A DNA stretch of 54,971 nucleotides from Candidatus Eiseniibacteriota bacterium (GTDB lineage: Bacteria > Eisenbacteria > RBG-16-71-46 > CAIMUX01 > WJJG01): contig JAZDGX010000197.1 in assembly GCA_043806645.1 (NCBI GenBank), positions 1-54,971 on the forward strand, written 5' to 3'. Position numbers and translations under genes: made by a program. Under the pieces are notes generated by a model that was not told where the DNA came from, did no database searches, and saw only the letters and a program-made list of their open reading frames with translations. Below are positions 18,353 to 28,805 of the stretch, piece by piece (the stretch's first letter is position 1; each line of letters begins with the position of its first letter).

Positions 18353-19615
18353 ATGCGTCACATCATGAGACCTCTAGTTGCAGGACTGCTTCTCGCCATG
18401 GGGCTCACATTCCTGGCGGCCTCCGCGGGCGCGGAGCATAACACGACGGGACCTGTTCCCCCTCCGGGAACCGATCGCGGACTCCGGCCCTGGACGCGCT
18501 CGCAAGTCGTCCTTCCCGACGTGCCTGCCTACTACTGGCACCATGGCTGTGGCCCCACCGCCGTCGGCATGGTGATCGGTTACTACGACGGGCAGGGCTT
18601 CCCCGATCTCGTCCCCGGCTCGGCGGCCACGCAGACACCGGAAGTCGATGCCATGATCGCCACCGATGGAGGACAGCCCGATTGCGATCTGCCGGACGGG
18701 GATCATTTCCAGGACTACGCGTGTCCGATCGACTGGTACCCCCCGGTCCTGCCGGACCGCTCTCAAACGGGCGGGGCTCATACCGGCAATTGCGTCGCCG
18801 ACTTCATGAGAACTTCCTGGAGCTCCCAGTACAACCTCTACGGTTGGAGCCAGGACCCATATGTACCGATATCCTTTCGCCGGTATGTCCGCTACGCCAG
18901 CGCCTACGAGCCCGAATCCGTCCTCATGTGGTCCTCCTACTTCACCTGGGAAGACTACAAGGCCGAGATCGACGCCGGCCGGCCGATGGTGCTGCTCGTC
19001 GACACGGACGGCGACAATTCCACCGATCACTTCGTCACGGCGGTGGGTTATGACGATGCCACTCATGAATACGCGATCCACGATACCTGGGATCTGGAGG
19101 TTCACTGGTACGTCTGGCACATCATGGCTTATGGCGATCCCTGGGGCGTCTTCTCGATCACGACCTGTTCAGTGAGCTACCCCGCCGCCGCCTGCTGCGT
19201 CGGTGCTTCGTGCGAGGTGCTGACCGAAGAGGATTGCCTCACGCTGGGCGGCATCTGGAAGAGCGAAGCGCCGGAATGCACTCCGGACCCCTGCGCGCAA
19301 GGGATCGCCGGCCGGGCGGATGAAGGGTTGCCGGCGTGGATCGCCGCGACCCCCAATCCTCTCAATGGCGAGACGCTCATCCGCCTCTCCACCGGCCCGC
19401 GGGGCGGGTCGAAGGCCCCCGCGCGGCTGGCGATCTACGATCTCGCCGGCCGGTGCGTACGACTGCTGGCGGACCCGCCTTCCGCGCCGGGAGTGTTCGA
19501 AACGCGATGGGACGGGCGGGATGACGAGGGAAGGCCGGTGATCTCGGGTGTGTACGTCCTGCGCCTGACCGGGGGCCCGCGATCCGCCAGCCAGCGGATC
19601 ACGGTGGTGCACTAA
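18353..19615 (+). CDS. Secreted C39-like cysteine peptidase with a Cys-rich linker and a FlgD-Ig/T9SS-like C-terminal domain
   Basis: ATG 18353 sits 10 nt after the kinase stop, with AGGAGGGA in between. Signal peptide ...LAASAGA|EH. Catalytic contexts YYWHHGCGPTAVGMV and DHFVTAVGYDD. Paralog of the gene at 2..1276. Confidence 0.8.
   Translation: MRHIMRPLVAGLLLAMGLTFLAASAGAEHNTTGPVPPPGTDRGLRPWTRSQVVLPDVPAYYWHHGCGPTAVGMVIGYYDGQGFPDLVPGSAATQTPEVDAMIATDGGQPDCDLPDGDHFQDYACPIDWYPPVLPDRSQTGGAHTGNCVADFMRTSWSSQYNLYGWSQDPYVPISFRRYVRYASAYEPESVLMWSSYFTWEDYKAEIDAGRPMVLLVDTDGDNSTDHFVTAVGYDDATHEYAIHDTWDLEVHWYVWHIMAYGDPWGVFSITTCSVSYPAAACCVGASCEVLTEEDCLTLGGIWKSEAPECTPDPCAQGIAGRADEGLPAWIAATPNPLNGETLIRLSTGPRGGSKAPARLAIYDLAGRCVRLLADPPSAPGVFETRWDGRDDEGRPVISGVYVLRLTGGPRSASQRITVVH
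19331..19612 (+). other. FlgD-Ig / T9SS type-A-like C-terminal domain (domain of the peptidase)
   Basis: PAWIAATPNPLNGETLIRL...LAIYDLAGRCVRLL...GVYVLRLTGG...ITVVH. Confidence 0.55.
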
Positions 19616-19731
19616 CCCACGTGGATCACGGGGTCCAGCCGTTCCATCGGGTCTGACAGACGGGAATCGGATTCCCCCGCATCGCGCGAGGCAGGTCGGC
19701 GACCGAGCGGTTTGCGCGCCGCCGCGGCGTG

Positions 19732-20394
<663 letters not shown>

Positions 20395-20479
20395 CGGTAC
20401 TCCCCGTCCACGCGCCCGCACGCGCCCACGTGCCGGCTACTTGACCTGGCCGCGGCCCCGCGCGGCCTGCCATCCGCCG

Positions 20480-21322
<843 letters not shown>

Positions 21323-21326
21323 TGGA

Positions 21327-22688
21327 CTAGCCTTTCAGGCGCGCGGCGATCCGCGCGCGCATATAGATTGCCGCGGCATTGAGCAGCAACACAAGCAGGA
21401 CCAGCGTGAGCACCATGCCGAATTGCACGTGGCGAATCTGATCGACCGCCTCGTGCTCGGTGCTGAGGTTGTAGATGTTCCAGGAGAGCGCCGGCGTCGG
21501 TTCCTTTAAACTGTTCCAGAAGTCCCACTTGCCGAAGTCGAGCGCTTTGCCCACGCTGACCGCCGCCGTGAAGATGATCGGCGCGGTCTCCCCCGCCGCG
21601 CGGCCCATGCTGATCACGACGCCGGTCAGGATCCCCGGCAGGGCCGCCGGCAGGATCACGCTGGCCACCGTGCGCCATTTCCCCGCCCCCAGGCTGAGGG
21701 CCGCCTCGCGGTAGGCCGCCGGCACCGCCCGGATCGCCTCTTCGGAAGCGCGGATCACGGTCGGCAGGACCAGCACGCCGAGGGTCAACGAGCCGGCGAG
21801 CAGGCTCTTGCCGCTGCTGATGTGGAGTGAGTTGATGAAGAACGCCAGGCCGAAGAGGGCGAAGACGATGCTCGGTACACCGGCCAGCGTGCTCACGCAG
21901 GTGCGCAGCAGGCTGATCCAACGCCCTTCGCCCGCGTACTCGACAAAGTAGATGGCGGAGATCACGCCCATCGGCAACGCGAAGAGCATCGCGCCCAACG
22001 TGAGGTAGAGCGTCCCCAGCACTTCCGGCCAGATGCCGCCGAAAAAGTGCGAGTCGAGCGGCGAATCGGTAAGGAACTGCGGATAGAACGTGAGTCGGGG
22101 GCGCAGCATTTCCTCGAGACGGGCTTCCAGGTGGGGGAAGAGCGGCGCGAGCGCCGTCCCCTGAAAGTCCTCCCCTCGTGGAATCCAGATACGCACGCCC
22201 ATCCGGGACGGGTCCGAGTAGTCGTAGCTTTCACGATAGAGGACGTGCTTCAACGCGACCTTGGCGCGGTCCCAGCGCGTCGCTCCGTATTGCGCGCGCG
22301 GCAGCACCGGTGTCGGCTCCCCGGGAGCGGGACCCAGCAGTTCCCGTACGGCGGGCTCGAGTTCGCGCAGATAGCCCTGATACTCGCGCCGCGCTTCCGG
22401 CTCCATGGCATTCAGCTCGGCCCGGAACGCATCCAGCATCCTGTACACCGGCGCCCGCGCCTCCTGCGCGGCGGCCATCTCGCGTTCGAGCTCCGTCCAC
22501 GCGCCGCGCTCGTAGCGTTCGTACTGGAAACGGCGGAACTCGACCGTGGCCCGAAAGATGAAAGCCCCCGAGCCCCGCACGAAGATCGGAGTCAGAATCA
22601 CGAGCAGGGCGACGGCCATGAGCGCGATGGAGAGAAGGCCCAGCCCCGCGAAGGAGCGATCCAGCATGCGGCGGGTTGCTGGTTGCAT
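21327..22688 (-). CDS. pstA: Phosphate ABC transporter permease PstA (long form with a large N-terminal loop)
   Basis: Permease core with [14 protein letters not shown] (EAA motif). Sits between pstC and pstB. Confidence 0.88.
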   Translation of the reverse strand: MQPATRRMLDRSFAGLGLLSIALMAVALLVILTPIFVRGSGAFIFRATVEFRRFQYERYERGAWTELEREMAAAQEARAPVYRMLDAFRAELNAMEPEARREYQGYLRELEPAVRELLGPAPGEPTPVLPRAQYGATRWDRAKVALKHVLYRESYDYSDPSRMGVRIWIPRGEDFQGTALAPLFPHLEARLEEMLRPRLTFYPQFLTDSPLDSHFFGGIWPEVLGTLYLTLGAMLFALPMGVISAIYFVEYAGEGRWISLLRTCVSTLAGVPSIVFALFGLAFFINSLHISSGKSLLAGSLTLGVLVLPTVIRASEEAIRAVPAAYREAALSLGAGKWRTVASVILPAALPGILTGVVISMGRAAGETAPIIFTAAVSVGKALDFGKWDFWNSLKEPTPALSWNIYNLSTEHEAVDQIRHVQFGMVLTLVLLVLLLNAAAIYMRARIAARLKG

Positions 22689-22692
22689 GGGT

Positions 22693-23880
22693 CTACTCGC
22701 TCCCGCTCAGCTTGCGGCGTTCGCGGCGCACGATCCACTCGCTGGCCAGATTCGCGACGAAGGAGATCGCGAGCAGCCCGAGCGCCATGGCGAAGAGCAC
22801 ATGGTAGCGGGCCGAACCCGTCACGTGGTCGGCCTCGCCCATGTCGCCGGCGATCGTGGCGGTCAGGGTGCGGATCGGCTCCAGGAAATCGTACCAGGGG
22901 CTGGGGATCTGCACGGCATTTCCCGCGGCCATCCAGACGACCATCGTCTCGCCGAGCACCCGCATCATGCCGAGGATGACGGCCGCCAGAATGCCGCTGC
23001 TCGCCGCGGGGACGATGACCCGCAGGATCGTCTCGGCCCGCGTGGCGCCGAGCGCATAACTGCCCTCGCGCAACTCCCGCCCGGCGGCCTGCAGTGCATC
23101 TTCGGAAACGCTCACCACCGTCGGCAGCGCCATGATGCCGAGAATGATCGAGACATTGAGGGCGTTCGTGCCGCTGGCGATTTCGAGACGCCCCAGGCGG
23201 CCGGCGATGAGGTAGATCAGCGCGACCGCGACCGCGCCGAGGCCGCCGATCAGGGCGACCCGCACCGCCATCCGCCGTTCCGGGCGCGCCTTGCCGGCCG
23301 CGAGATCGGCGATCACCAGAATCGTGAGCAGGCTGACGGGCAGGCCGAGTCCCCAGGCGGTCAGGCTGAGCAGCCGCGCCCCGCTTTCCTGAAGCAGTGG
23401 GGCAAAGACGACCAGGGCGAAGAAGCCGTAGGCCACCGAAGGAATGGCCGCCAGAATCTCGATCACCGGCTTGATCGCCTGCCGTGCCTTGAACGGCAAG
23501 ACGTCGCTCAGACAGATCGCCGCGCTGACTCCCAGCGGGACGGCGACCAGGATCGCCCCCAGGGTGACCATGGCGCTGCCGAAGAAGATCGCCAGGGCGC
23601 CGAACTCAGGAGACTGCGCCGACGGATACCAGCGCGTGCTCGAGAAGAACTCGCGCAGTCCGTGCGTCTGGAAGAACGGCAGGGCGTCCTTGATGATGAA
23701 GTAGAAGATGAAGAGGATCATCACGGCGGAGCTGGAGGTGATCAAGAGAAGCAGCCCGTGGCCGCACCGGGAGGCCAGACGCCGCGTGCGGCTGGCCCGC
23801 TCGCTTAAAAGCAGGTCGCTCCGCATGCCGCGCAGGCGGTCGCCCAGGACGGCCCCGGCCCACGGAGCCCCGCGCTCCAT
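22693..23880 (-). CDS. pstC: Phosphate ABC transporter permease PstC
   Basis: EGSYALGATRAETI EAA motif. Multi-TM. Start 23880 is uncertain; ATG 23826 is an alternative. Confidence 0.85.
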   Translation of the reverse strand: MERGAPWAGAVLGDRLRGMRSDLLLSERASRTRRLASRCGHGLLLLITSSSAVMILFIFYFIIKDALPFFQTHGLREFFSSTRWYPSAQSPEFGALAIFFGSAMVTLGAILVAVPLGVSAAICLSDVLPFKARQAIKPVIEILAAIPSVAYGFFALVVFAPLLQESGARLLSLTAWGLGLPVSLLTILVIADLAAGKARPERRMAVRVALIGGLGAVAVALIYLIAGRLGRLEIASGTNALNVSIILGIMALPTVVSVSEDALQAAGRELREGSYALGATRAETILRVIVPAASSGILAAVILGMMRVLGETMVVWMAAGNAVQIPSPWYDFLEPIRTLTATIAGDMGEADHVTGSARYHVLFAMALGLLAISFVANLASEWIVRRERRKLSGSE

Positions 23881-23980
23881 CTTTCCCCCGCTTCCCGCGG
23901 TTTCGCGCCGCGCGGTCCCGTCGCCCCGCGGCGGCGGAGGGACCCACTCGCCGTGATTCCCGCGGCGTGGCTCAGCGCCT

Positions 23981-24832
23981 CTAGTAGTTCGTCACCGGAA
24001 CGAATCCGATGCCCTCGACGATTTCCTGGCCCTTGCGGCTGAGATGGAGGGTCACGACGGCATGCAGATGCGAGCCCAGCTTGGGCTGGCCGTTGGTGAA
24101 CAGGTAGAGCGGCCGCGCGATCGGATACTGGCCGGAGGCGACCGATTCCCGCGTGGGAACCACGCCGTTGACGATCAGCGCCTTGACCGTGCGATCGACG
24201 AACCCCAGGCCCACATACCCGACCGCCCCGGGAGTGCTTTGCACCTTCTGGCGAATGGCGCCGTTGCTGCCGAGGTATTCGATGCCCTGGGACATCTTTT
24301 CCTTGTTCATCACCAACGTCTCGAACGTTTCATACGTGCCGCTGTTGGTATCCCGGGAGACGACCACGATCGGCTGGTTCGGCCCACCAAGCTCTTGCCA
24401 GCTCTTGATCTGTCCCATGTAGATCGCGCGCACCTGTTCTACGGTCAATTCCTGAAGCGGATTGCTGGGATGGACGATGATCGCGATGCCGTCCATGGCG
24501 ATCACGTGGGGCATGGGCAGGATGCCCTTCTCCACGGCGGCGGCGAACTCGGTATCCTTCATGAACCGTGACATGCTGGCGATGTCGGTCGTGCCGTTGA
24601 CCAGGCTTTTCGCGCCGTTGCCGCTGCCCGACTCGCTGACGGTAATGTTCACGTCCTTGTGGAGCGACATGTAATACTCGGCGAACGCTTTGGCGATCGG
24701 CCCGACGGTGGTGGATCCGTCGACCGTAATCGTCGTCGTCGCGCTTTGGGCCCCGGCCGCCCCCATCGCCCAACCGCTGAAGGTCGCCAGGATCGCCAAG
24801 ACGATCAGACTCGACATGGAACGTTCGCGCAT
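23981..24832 (-). CDS. pstS: Phosphate ABC transporter substrate-binding protein
   Basis: ATG 24832 is 7 nt after GAGGAG. Signal peptide ...GWAMGAAGA|QS. Motifs DGSTTVGPIAKAFAEYY and ESGSGNGAKSL. The upstream part of the track ORF (to 24994) is the repeat-encoded Arg-rich artefact. Confidence 0.88.
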   Translation of the reverse strand: MRERSMSSLIVLAILATFSGWAMGAAGAQSATTTITVDGSTTVGPIAKAFAEYYMSLHKDVNITVSESGSGNGAKSLVNGTTDIASMSRFMKDTEFAAAVEKGILPMPHVIAMDGIAIIVHPSNPLQELTVEQVRAIYMGQIKSWQELGGPNQPIVVVSRDTNSGTYETFETLVMNKEKMSQGIEYLGSNGAIRQKVQSTPGAVGYVGLGFVDRTVKALIVNGVVPTRESVASGQYPIARPLYLFTNGQPKLGSHLHAVVTLHLSRKGQEIVEGIGFVPVTNY

Positions 24833-24890
24833 CGCCGTTCTCCTCATGAAATGCCCGCCCATGGACGTCCTCGTTCGCCACTGCCCTTGG

Positions 24891-24990
24891 CCGCCGTGGA
24901 TGCTGAGGTCGGCAACCGCCGCGGATGCTCGGGCCGGCGACCGCCGCGGATGCCGAGGCCGGCGACCAGCGTGGCTGCTGAGGCTAGCGA
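24891..24990. repeat. 25-nt x4 tandem direct repeat filling the phoR-pstS intergenic spacer
   Basis: ccgccgtggatgctgaggtcggcaa / ccgccgcggatgctcgggccggcga / ccgccgcggatgccgaggccggcga / ccagcgtggctgctgaggctagcga, exactly phased. It starts 7 nt after the phoR stop codon (24998-25000 on the plus strand). Confidence 0.9.
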
Positions 24991-24997
24991 CCATTTG

Positions 24998-26824
24998 TTA
25001 GGGCTGGGTTAGCGTCGCGTGAGATTCCCGCGACGGCCGTCGCGGCAGGATCAGCCGGAAGGTGCTGCCCGCACCCGGAGCGCTCTCCACTTCCACGCGT
25101 CCTCCGTGAGACTGGGCAATGTGCTTCACGATGGCCAGTCCCAGGCCCGTACCGCCCGCGCTCCGGCTGCGCGCCTTGTCGACCACGTAGAAGCGCTCGA
25201 AGATCCGTTCGTGATGCCTCCGCTCGATCCCCAAGCCCCGGTCGATGACTTCGATGATGATCTCCTCGCCTACCTCGTAGGCGGAGATCCGCACCGGCGT
25301 GCGCGGTTCGCTGTACTTGATCGCGTTGTCGATCAGATTGACGATGGCGTTCTCGAGCAGGGCGGGATTCACCATCGCGGTAAGGGTCGGATCGCAGCTC
25401 ATCTCGAGGGAGATGCTCTTGTCGGCGGCCCGCGCCCCGCACGCCTGGACGGCGCCTGCCAGCACCAGTTCCAGGGAATGATCCTGAAGCGGAGTCCGGC
25501 TGAGACCGGCGTCGGACTCGATGCGCGCGAGCTGCAGCAGATCCTCGATGATCGTATTCAGCCTGCGCCCCTGGCGGGCGATGATCGCCAGAAACCGCTC
25601 CGCGTCCTCTTCGTGCCGGACCGTACCTTCCATCAGCGTCTCGGCTGCGGCCTGGATCGAGGTAATCGGCGTGCGCAGTTCGTGGGTCACGTTGGCGACG
25701 AAATCCTGCCGCATGCGTTCGAGGCCCCGCAGGCGCGTGACATCGTTGAGCACGAGGACCGCTCCCGACCGGACACCCTCGGGATCCCGGAACGATGTGC
25801 CGTGGATCTTGAGATGGATCGAACCCTCGTTGTGGAATTCCACCTCGCCCTCGACCGGCTCGGCGCTTTCGAGCGCCCGGGCCACGAGTTCTTGCAGGGC
25901 CGGATTGCGCACGACTTCCTGGATCGGCTTCCCCCGCGTCCGCTCGGAGTCTATGTGCAGCATCTTCGCCGCAGCCGGGTTCGCGCTGACGACCCGCCCT
26001 TCGCCATCCACCGCCAGCACCCCCTCCACCATGCCGGCCAGGATCGCGCTCAGTTCGTTGCGTTGTTCGGTGATCAAGCGGATGCGCTCGTCAAGTTGGG
26101 CCGCCATCAGGTTGAGCGTCTGGACCAGCCCCCCGACCTCGGAGACCGGCGTGACCGTCAGCGGCCGCGAGAAATCGCCACGAACGAACGCTTCCGCCTC
26201 CCGCCGCACCTGCTCGATCGGCCGGCGGATCCGCCGCGCGACCCTCCAGCCGACCCAGGCGAAGAGCGCGGCCAATCCCGCGAAGATCAGCGCAATCTCG
26301 ACATGGATGGCGCGCAGATCGGCTCCGAACCGCGCGGTGGGAACCGCGGCCCGCACGACCGCCACAATCCGCTCGCGCCCACTCTCCGGGATCCCGACGG
26401 GCACGGCCACGTAAAGCATCTGCCGGCGCTGCGCCTCGCTGAAGCGTATCGTCCGGCCCAATCGGCCCTCCAGGGCCGCGGCGACTTCGGGCCGCAGCAC
26501 CGCGCTCAGCGGATCCATGCGCCCCGCATGGGTGCCGGTCTCGCCGACGACTTCGCCCGAAGGAAGGATTACCGTGATGCGGGTCGCGGTCGCTTGGCCC
26601 AGATCATCGATCAAGGGACCGATCGCTTCCGGATCGCCGGCACTCATGCGCTCCCCGACCAGACTCCCGATCAGTCTGGCCTGATCCTCCAGGTCTCGCG
26701 CGATCAGGTTCATGTGAAGCTGGCGGATCGATTGCGCTATCAGCAGGGCAATCAAGACCAGAGCTGCAGTGCTGACCAGCAGGTAGGGGAAATAGGCCCG
26801 CGAGTAGATCCGCTTGTGTGGCAC
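24998..26824 (-). CDS. phoR: Phosphate-regulon sensor histidine kinase (TM-HAMP-PAS-HisKA-HATPase)
   Basis: H box VTHELRTPITSI, N box NLIDNAIKYS, G1 DRGLGI, G2 GGTGLGLAIV. Adjacent to phoB and the pst genes. Confidence 0.88.
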   Translation of the reverse strand: MPHKRIYSRAYFPYLLVSTAALVLIALLIAQSIRQLHMNLIARDLEDQARLIGSLVGERMSAGDPEAIGPLIDDLGQATATRITVILPSGEVVGETGTHAGRMDPLSAVLRPEVAAALEGRLGRTIRFSEAQRRQMLYVAVPVGIPESGRERIVAVVRAAVPTARFGADLRAIHVEIALIFAGLAALFAWVGWRVARRIRRPIEQVRREAEAFVRGDFSRPLTVTPVSEVGGLVQTLNLMAAQLDERIRLITEQRNELSAILAGMVEGVLAVDGEGRVVSANPAAAKMLHIDSERTRGKPIQEVVRNPALQELVARALESAEPVEGEVEFHNEGSIHLKIHGTSFRDPEGVRSGAVLVLNDVTRLRGLERMRQDFVANVTHELRTPITSIQAAAETLMEGTVRHEEDAERFLAIIARQGRRLNTIIEDLLQLARIESDAGLSRTPLQDHSLELVLAGAVQACGARAADKSISLEMSCDPTLTAMVNPALLENAIVNLIDNAIKYSEPRTPVRISAYEVGEEIIIEVIDRGLGIERRHHERIFERFYVVDKARSRSAGGTGLGLAIVKHIAQSHGGRVEVESAPGAGSTFRLILPRRPSRESHATLTQP

Positions 26825-26827
26825 GGA

Positions 26828-27514
26828 TTAGTCCTTGAACCGATACCCGACTCCCCGGACCGTTTCGATGTGTTGGCCGGCCGGGCCCAGTTTCTTGCGT
26901 AATCCCACGACCTGCACATCGACGGAGCGTTCCGTCACCGGATACTCCTCTCCGCGGATGGCATTGACGATCTGATAGCGGGTGAAGACCCAGCCGGGCC
27001 GCGCGGCGAGCAGTTGCAGCAGACGAAACTCCGTATACGTCAGCTCGATCCCTTGACCGGCCACCTGCACTTCGTGCCGGCCGGGGTTGATCACGATTTC
27101 CTTGGCCCGGATGATCGCCTGATCGTCGGGCGCGGGCAGGGCGCTCCGGCGCAGCAGCACGCGGACGCGCGCATTGAGAACCTTGGGACTGAACGGTTTG
27201 GTAACGTAGTCGTCCGCGCCCAGCTCCAGGCCCGCGACGATGTCGCTCTCCTCGCCCTTCGCGGTCAGCATGATGATGGGAATGGTCTCGGTGGCGACGT
27301 CCTTCTTCAGCGCGCGGCACACTTCGCGTCCGTCCATTCCCGGCAGCATGAGGTCCAGGACGACGAGATCCGGATGGCGGGCGCGCGCCAGCTTGAGCCC
27401 TTCTTCCCCGGTCAGCGCAGAGCTGACCTGATGGCCCTCGCTGGTCAGGTTGTACTTGACCAGTTCCTGGATGTCCTTGTCATCTTCGACGACGAGGATG
27501 TGCTTGCCCGACAC
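26828..27514 (-). CDS. phoB: OmpR-family response regulator, PhoB-like
   Basis: Receiver motifs ILVVEDD...DLMLPGMDG...TAKG...KPF. Winged helix LTYTEFRLLQLL...IETVRGVGYRF. Confidence 0.9.
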   Translation of the reverse strand: MSGKHILVVEDDKDIQELVKYNLTSEGHQVSSALTGEEGLKLARARHPDLVVLDLMLPGMDGREVCRALKKDVATETIPIIMLTAKGEESDIVAGLELGADDYVTKPFSPKVLNARVRVLLRRSALPAPDDQAIIRAKEIVINPGRHEVQVAGQGIELTYTEFRLLQLLAARPGWVFTRYQIVNAIRGEEYPVTERSVDVQVVGLRKKLGPAGQHIETVRGVGYRFKD

Positions 27515-27646
27515 CGCACCTCCTGCGCTCCAGAAATCGAACCCTTCGCCGGCCGCGTGATGTATACCATCGGGACGCCCGCGCCGACACCGGATTGTCC
27601 CCGCCGCATTCTAATCCGGCGATGTTAGGAATCGATGGCCTTTCCA

Positions 27647-28684
27647 CTAGAGTGTGATCAGCAGGAACTCCGCCGCAACCGGCGGGGCACCCGATCCGGT
27701 GGGACGGTCGCCATCAGGGACAAGGCACCAGGCGTCGAGAGCGGCGGGGAGCAGGCACGTCTCACCCGCGTTCAGCATGGCTTCCTCGCCTCCGCCCGAG
27801 ACCAAGATGCGCCCGGCCAGGACGAACAGCAGGCGGAAGCTGCACCGTTCGGCCCCCGCCGATCGGCGGGTCGATAGAGACCACCGCTCCACGCGGAAAT
27901 ACGGACATTCGTGGATCAGCCAGCGCTCCAGACCCTCCTCGCCCGAGAGGAGGCTGGGCAGCACGCGGGCCGATTCATGGTCCTGCCAATCGATCGTTCG
28001 GAATGCTTCGTCCACGTGAAGGGCGCGCGCGTCGTGTCGATCCCAGTCGTACACGCGGTAGGTGGTATTCGAGTTCTGCTGGATCTCCAGGAAGAGGCAG
28101 CCCTGATCGATGGCATGCACCCGGCCGCCGGGAATGTAGAAGGCATCTCCGGGCCGCACGGGCAGGGATCGCAGCACCGTTTCCACCTGCTTGCGGCGCA
28201 ACGCATCCTCGAAGTCGGCCTGCAACACGCCCGGGTTCAAGCCGGCGAAGATGCGACCGTCTTCCATTCCATCGAGCGCGTACCAAAGTTCGGTCTTGGC
28301 CTCGCCCCGCCCGCGGCTTGGGAGTCGATCGCCACATGAATCGCGGGCTTCGCTCGCCCATGGATCAGATGACCGCGGATGCACCTGCAAGCTGGCTCTC
28401 TGGGCGACGTCGAGGATCTTCAGGATCAGCGGGAAGGGCCCCCGCGGCGCGGCGATGCCGGTCAGGTGAGTGCCTGCCCGCTGGACCAGTTCTCCCAAGG
28501 TCGTCCCCGCGAGCGGGCCGGCCTTGACCCGGCTCATGCCTTCCGGCCGGTCGGCCAGTTCCCAGGCTTCCGCATAGACCCCCGGAGGCAGCGGGCGCCC
28601 CAAGACGGTCCGCATGCGTTGGCCACCCCAGACGTAGTCCTTGTAGACCGGCTCGAAGGTGAGCGGATAAAGCGGTATGGACAT
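27647..28684 (-). CDS. manA: Type I phosphomannose isomerase (mannose-6-phosphate isomerase)
   Basis: YPLTFEPVYKDYVWGG, LQVHP, GEAKTELWYAL, AFYIPGGRVHAI and NSNTTYRVYDWDR are the cupin PMI class I pattern. Confidence 0.85.
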   Translation of the reverse strand: MSIPLYPLTFEPVYKDYVWGGQRMRTVLGRPLPPGVYAEAWELADRPEGMSRVKAGPLAGTTLGELVQRAGTHLTGIAAPRGPFPLILKILDVAQRASLQVHPRSSDPWASEARDSCGDRLPSRGRGEAKTELWYALDGMEDGRIFAGLNPGVLQADFEDALRRKQVETVLRSLPVRPGDAFYIPGGRVHAIDQGCLFLEIQQNSNTTYRVYDWDRHDARALHVDEAFRTIDWQDHESARVLPSLLSGEEGLERWLIHECPYFRVERWSLSTRRSAGAERCSFRLLFVLAGRILVSGGGEEAMLNAGETCLLPAALDAWCLVPDGDRPTGSGAPPVAAEFLLITL

Positions 28685-28805
28685 GAAGCTGCTCTCTCTT
28701 CAATCGACGGAATGCCTGAGGTCGGATCCAGGGCGGATTGTAGTCCGGGAAAGCGGAATTGTCAGGTCGGTTCTGATCGTCCGGCAGCGACGGTCAATCC
28801 GACGA

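Noticed and set aside
19662-19676. GGGAATCgGATTCCC palindrome between the convergent peptidase and phoU genes as a bidirectional terminator.
   Set aside because: Only about 5 bp can pair once a realistic loop is allowed, there is no U tract, and the stem is too weak to call.
24891-24990. Possible CRISPR array. The same question applies to the repeats at 48842-48931 and 49460-49564.
   Set aside because: The units are directly abutting, with no unique spacers, and are shorter than or unlike CRISPR repeats. No cas genes are present. Two of the three arrays are in-frame coding repeats.
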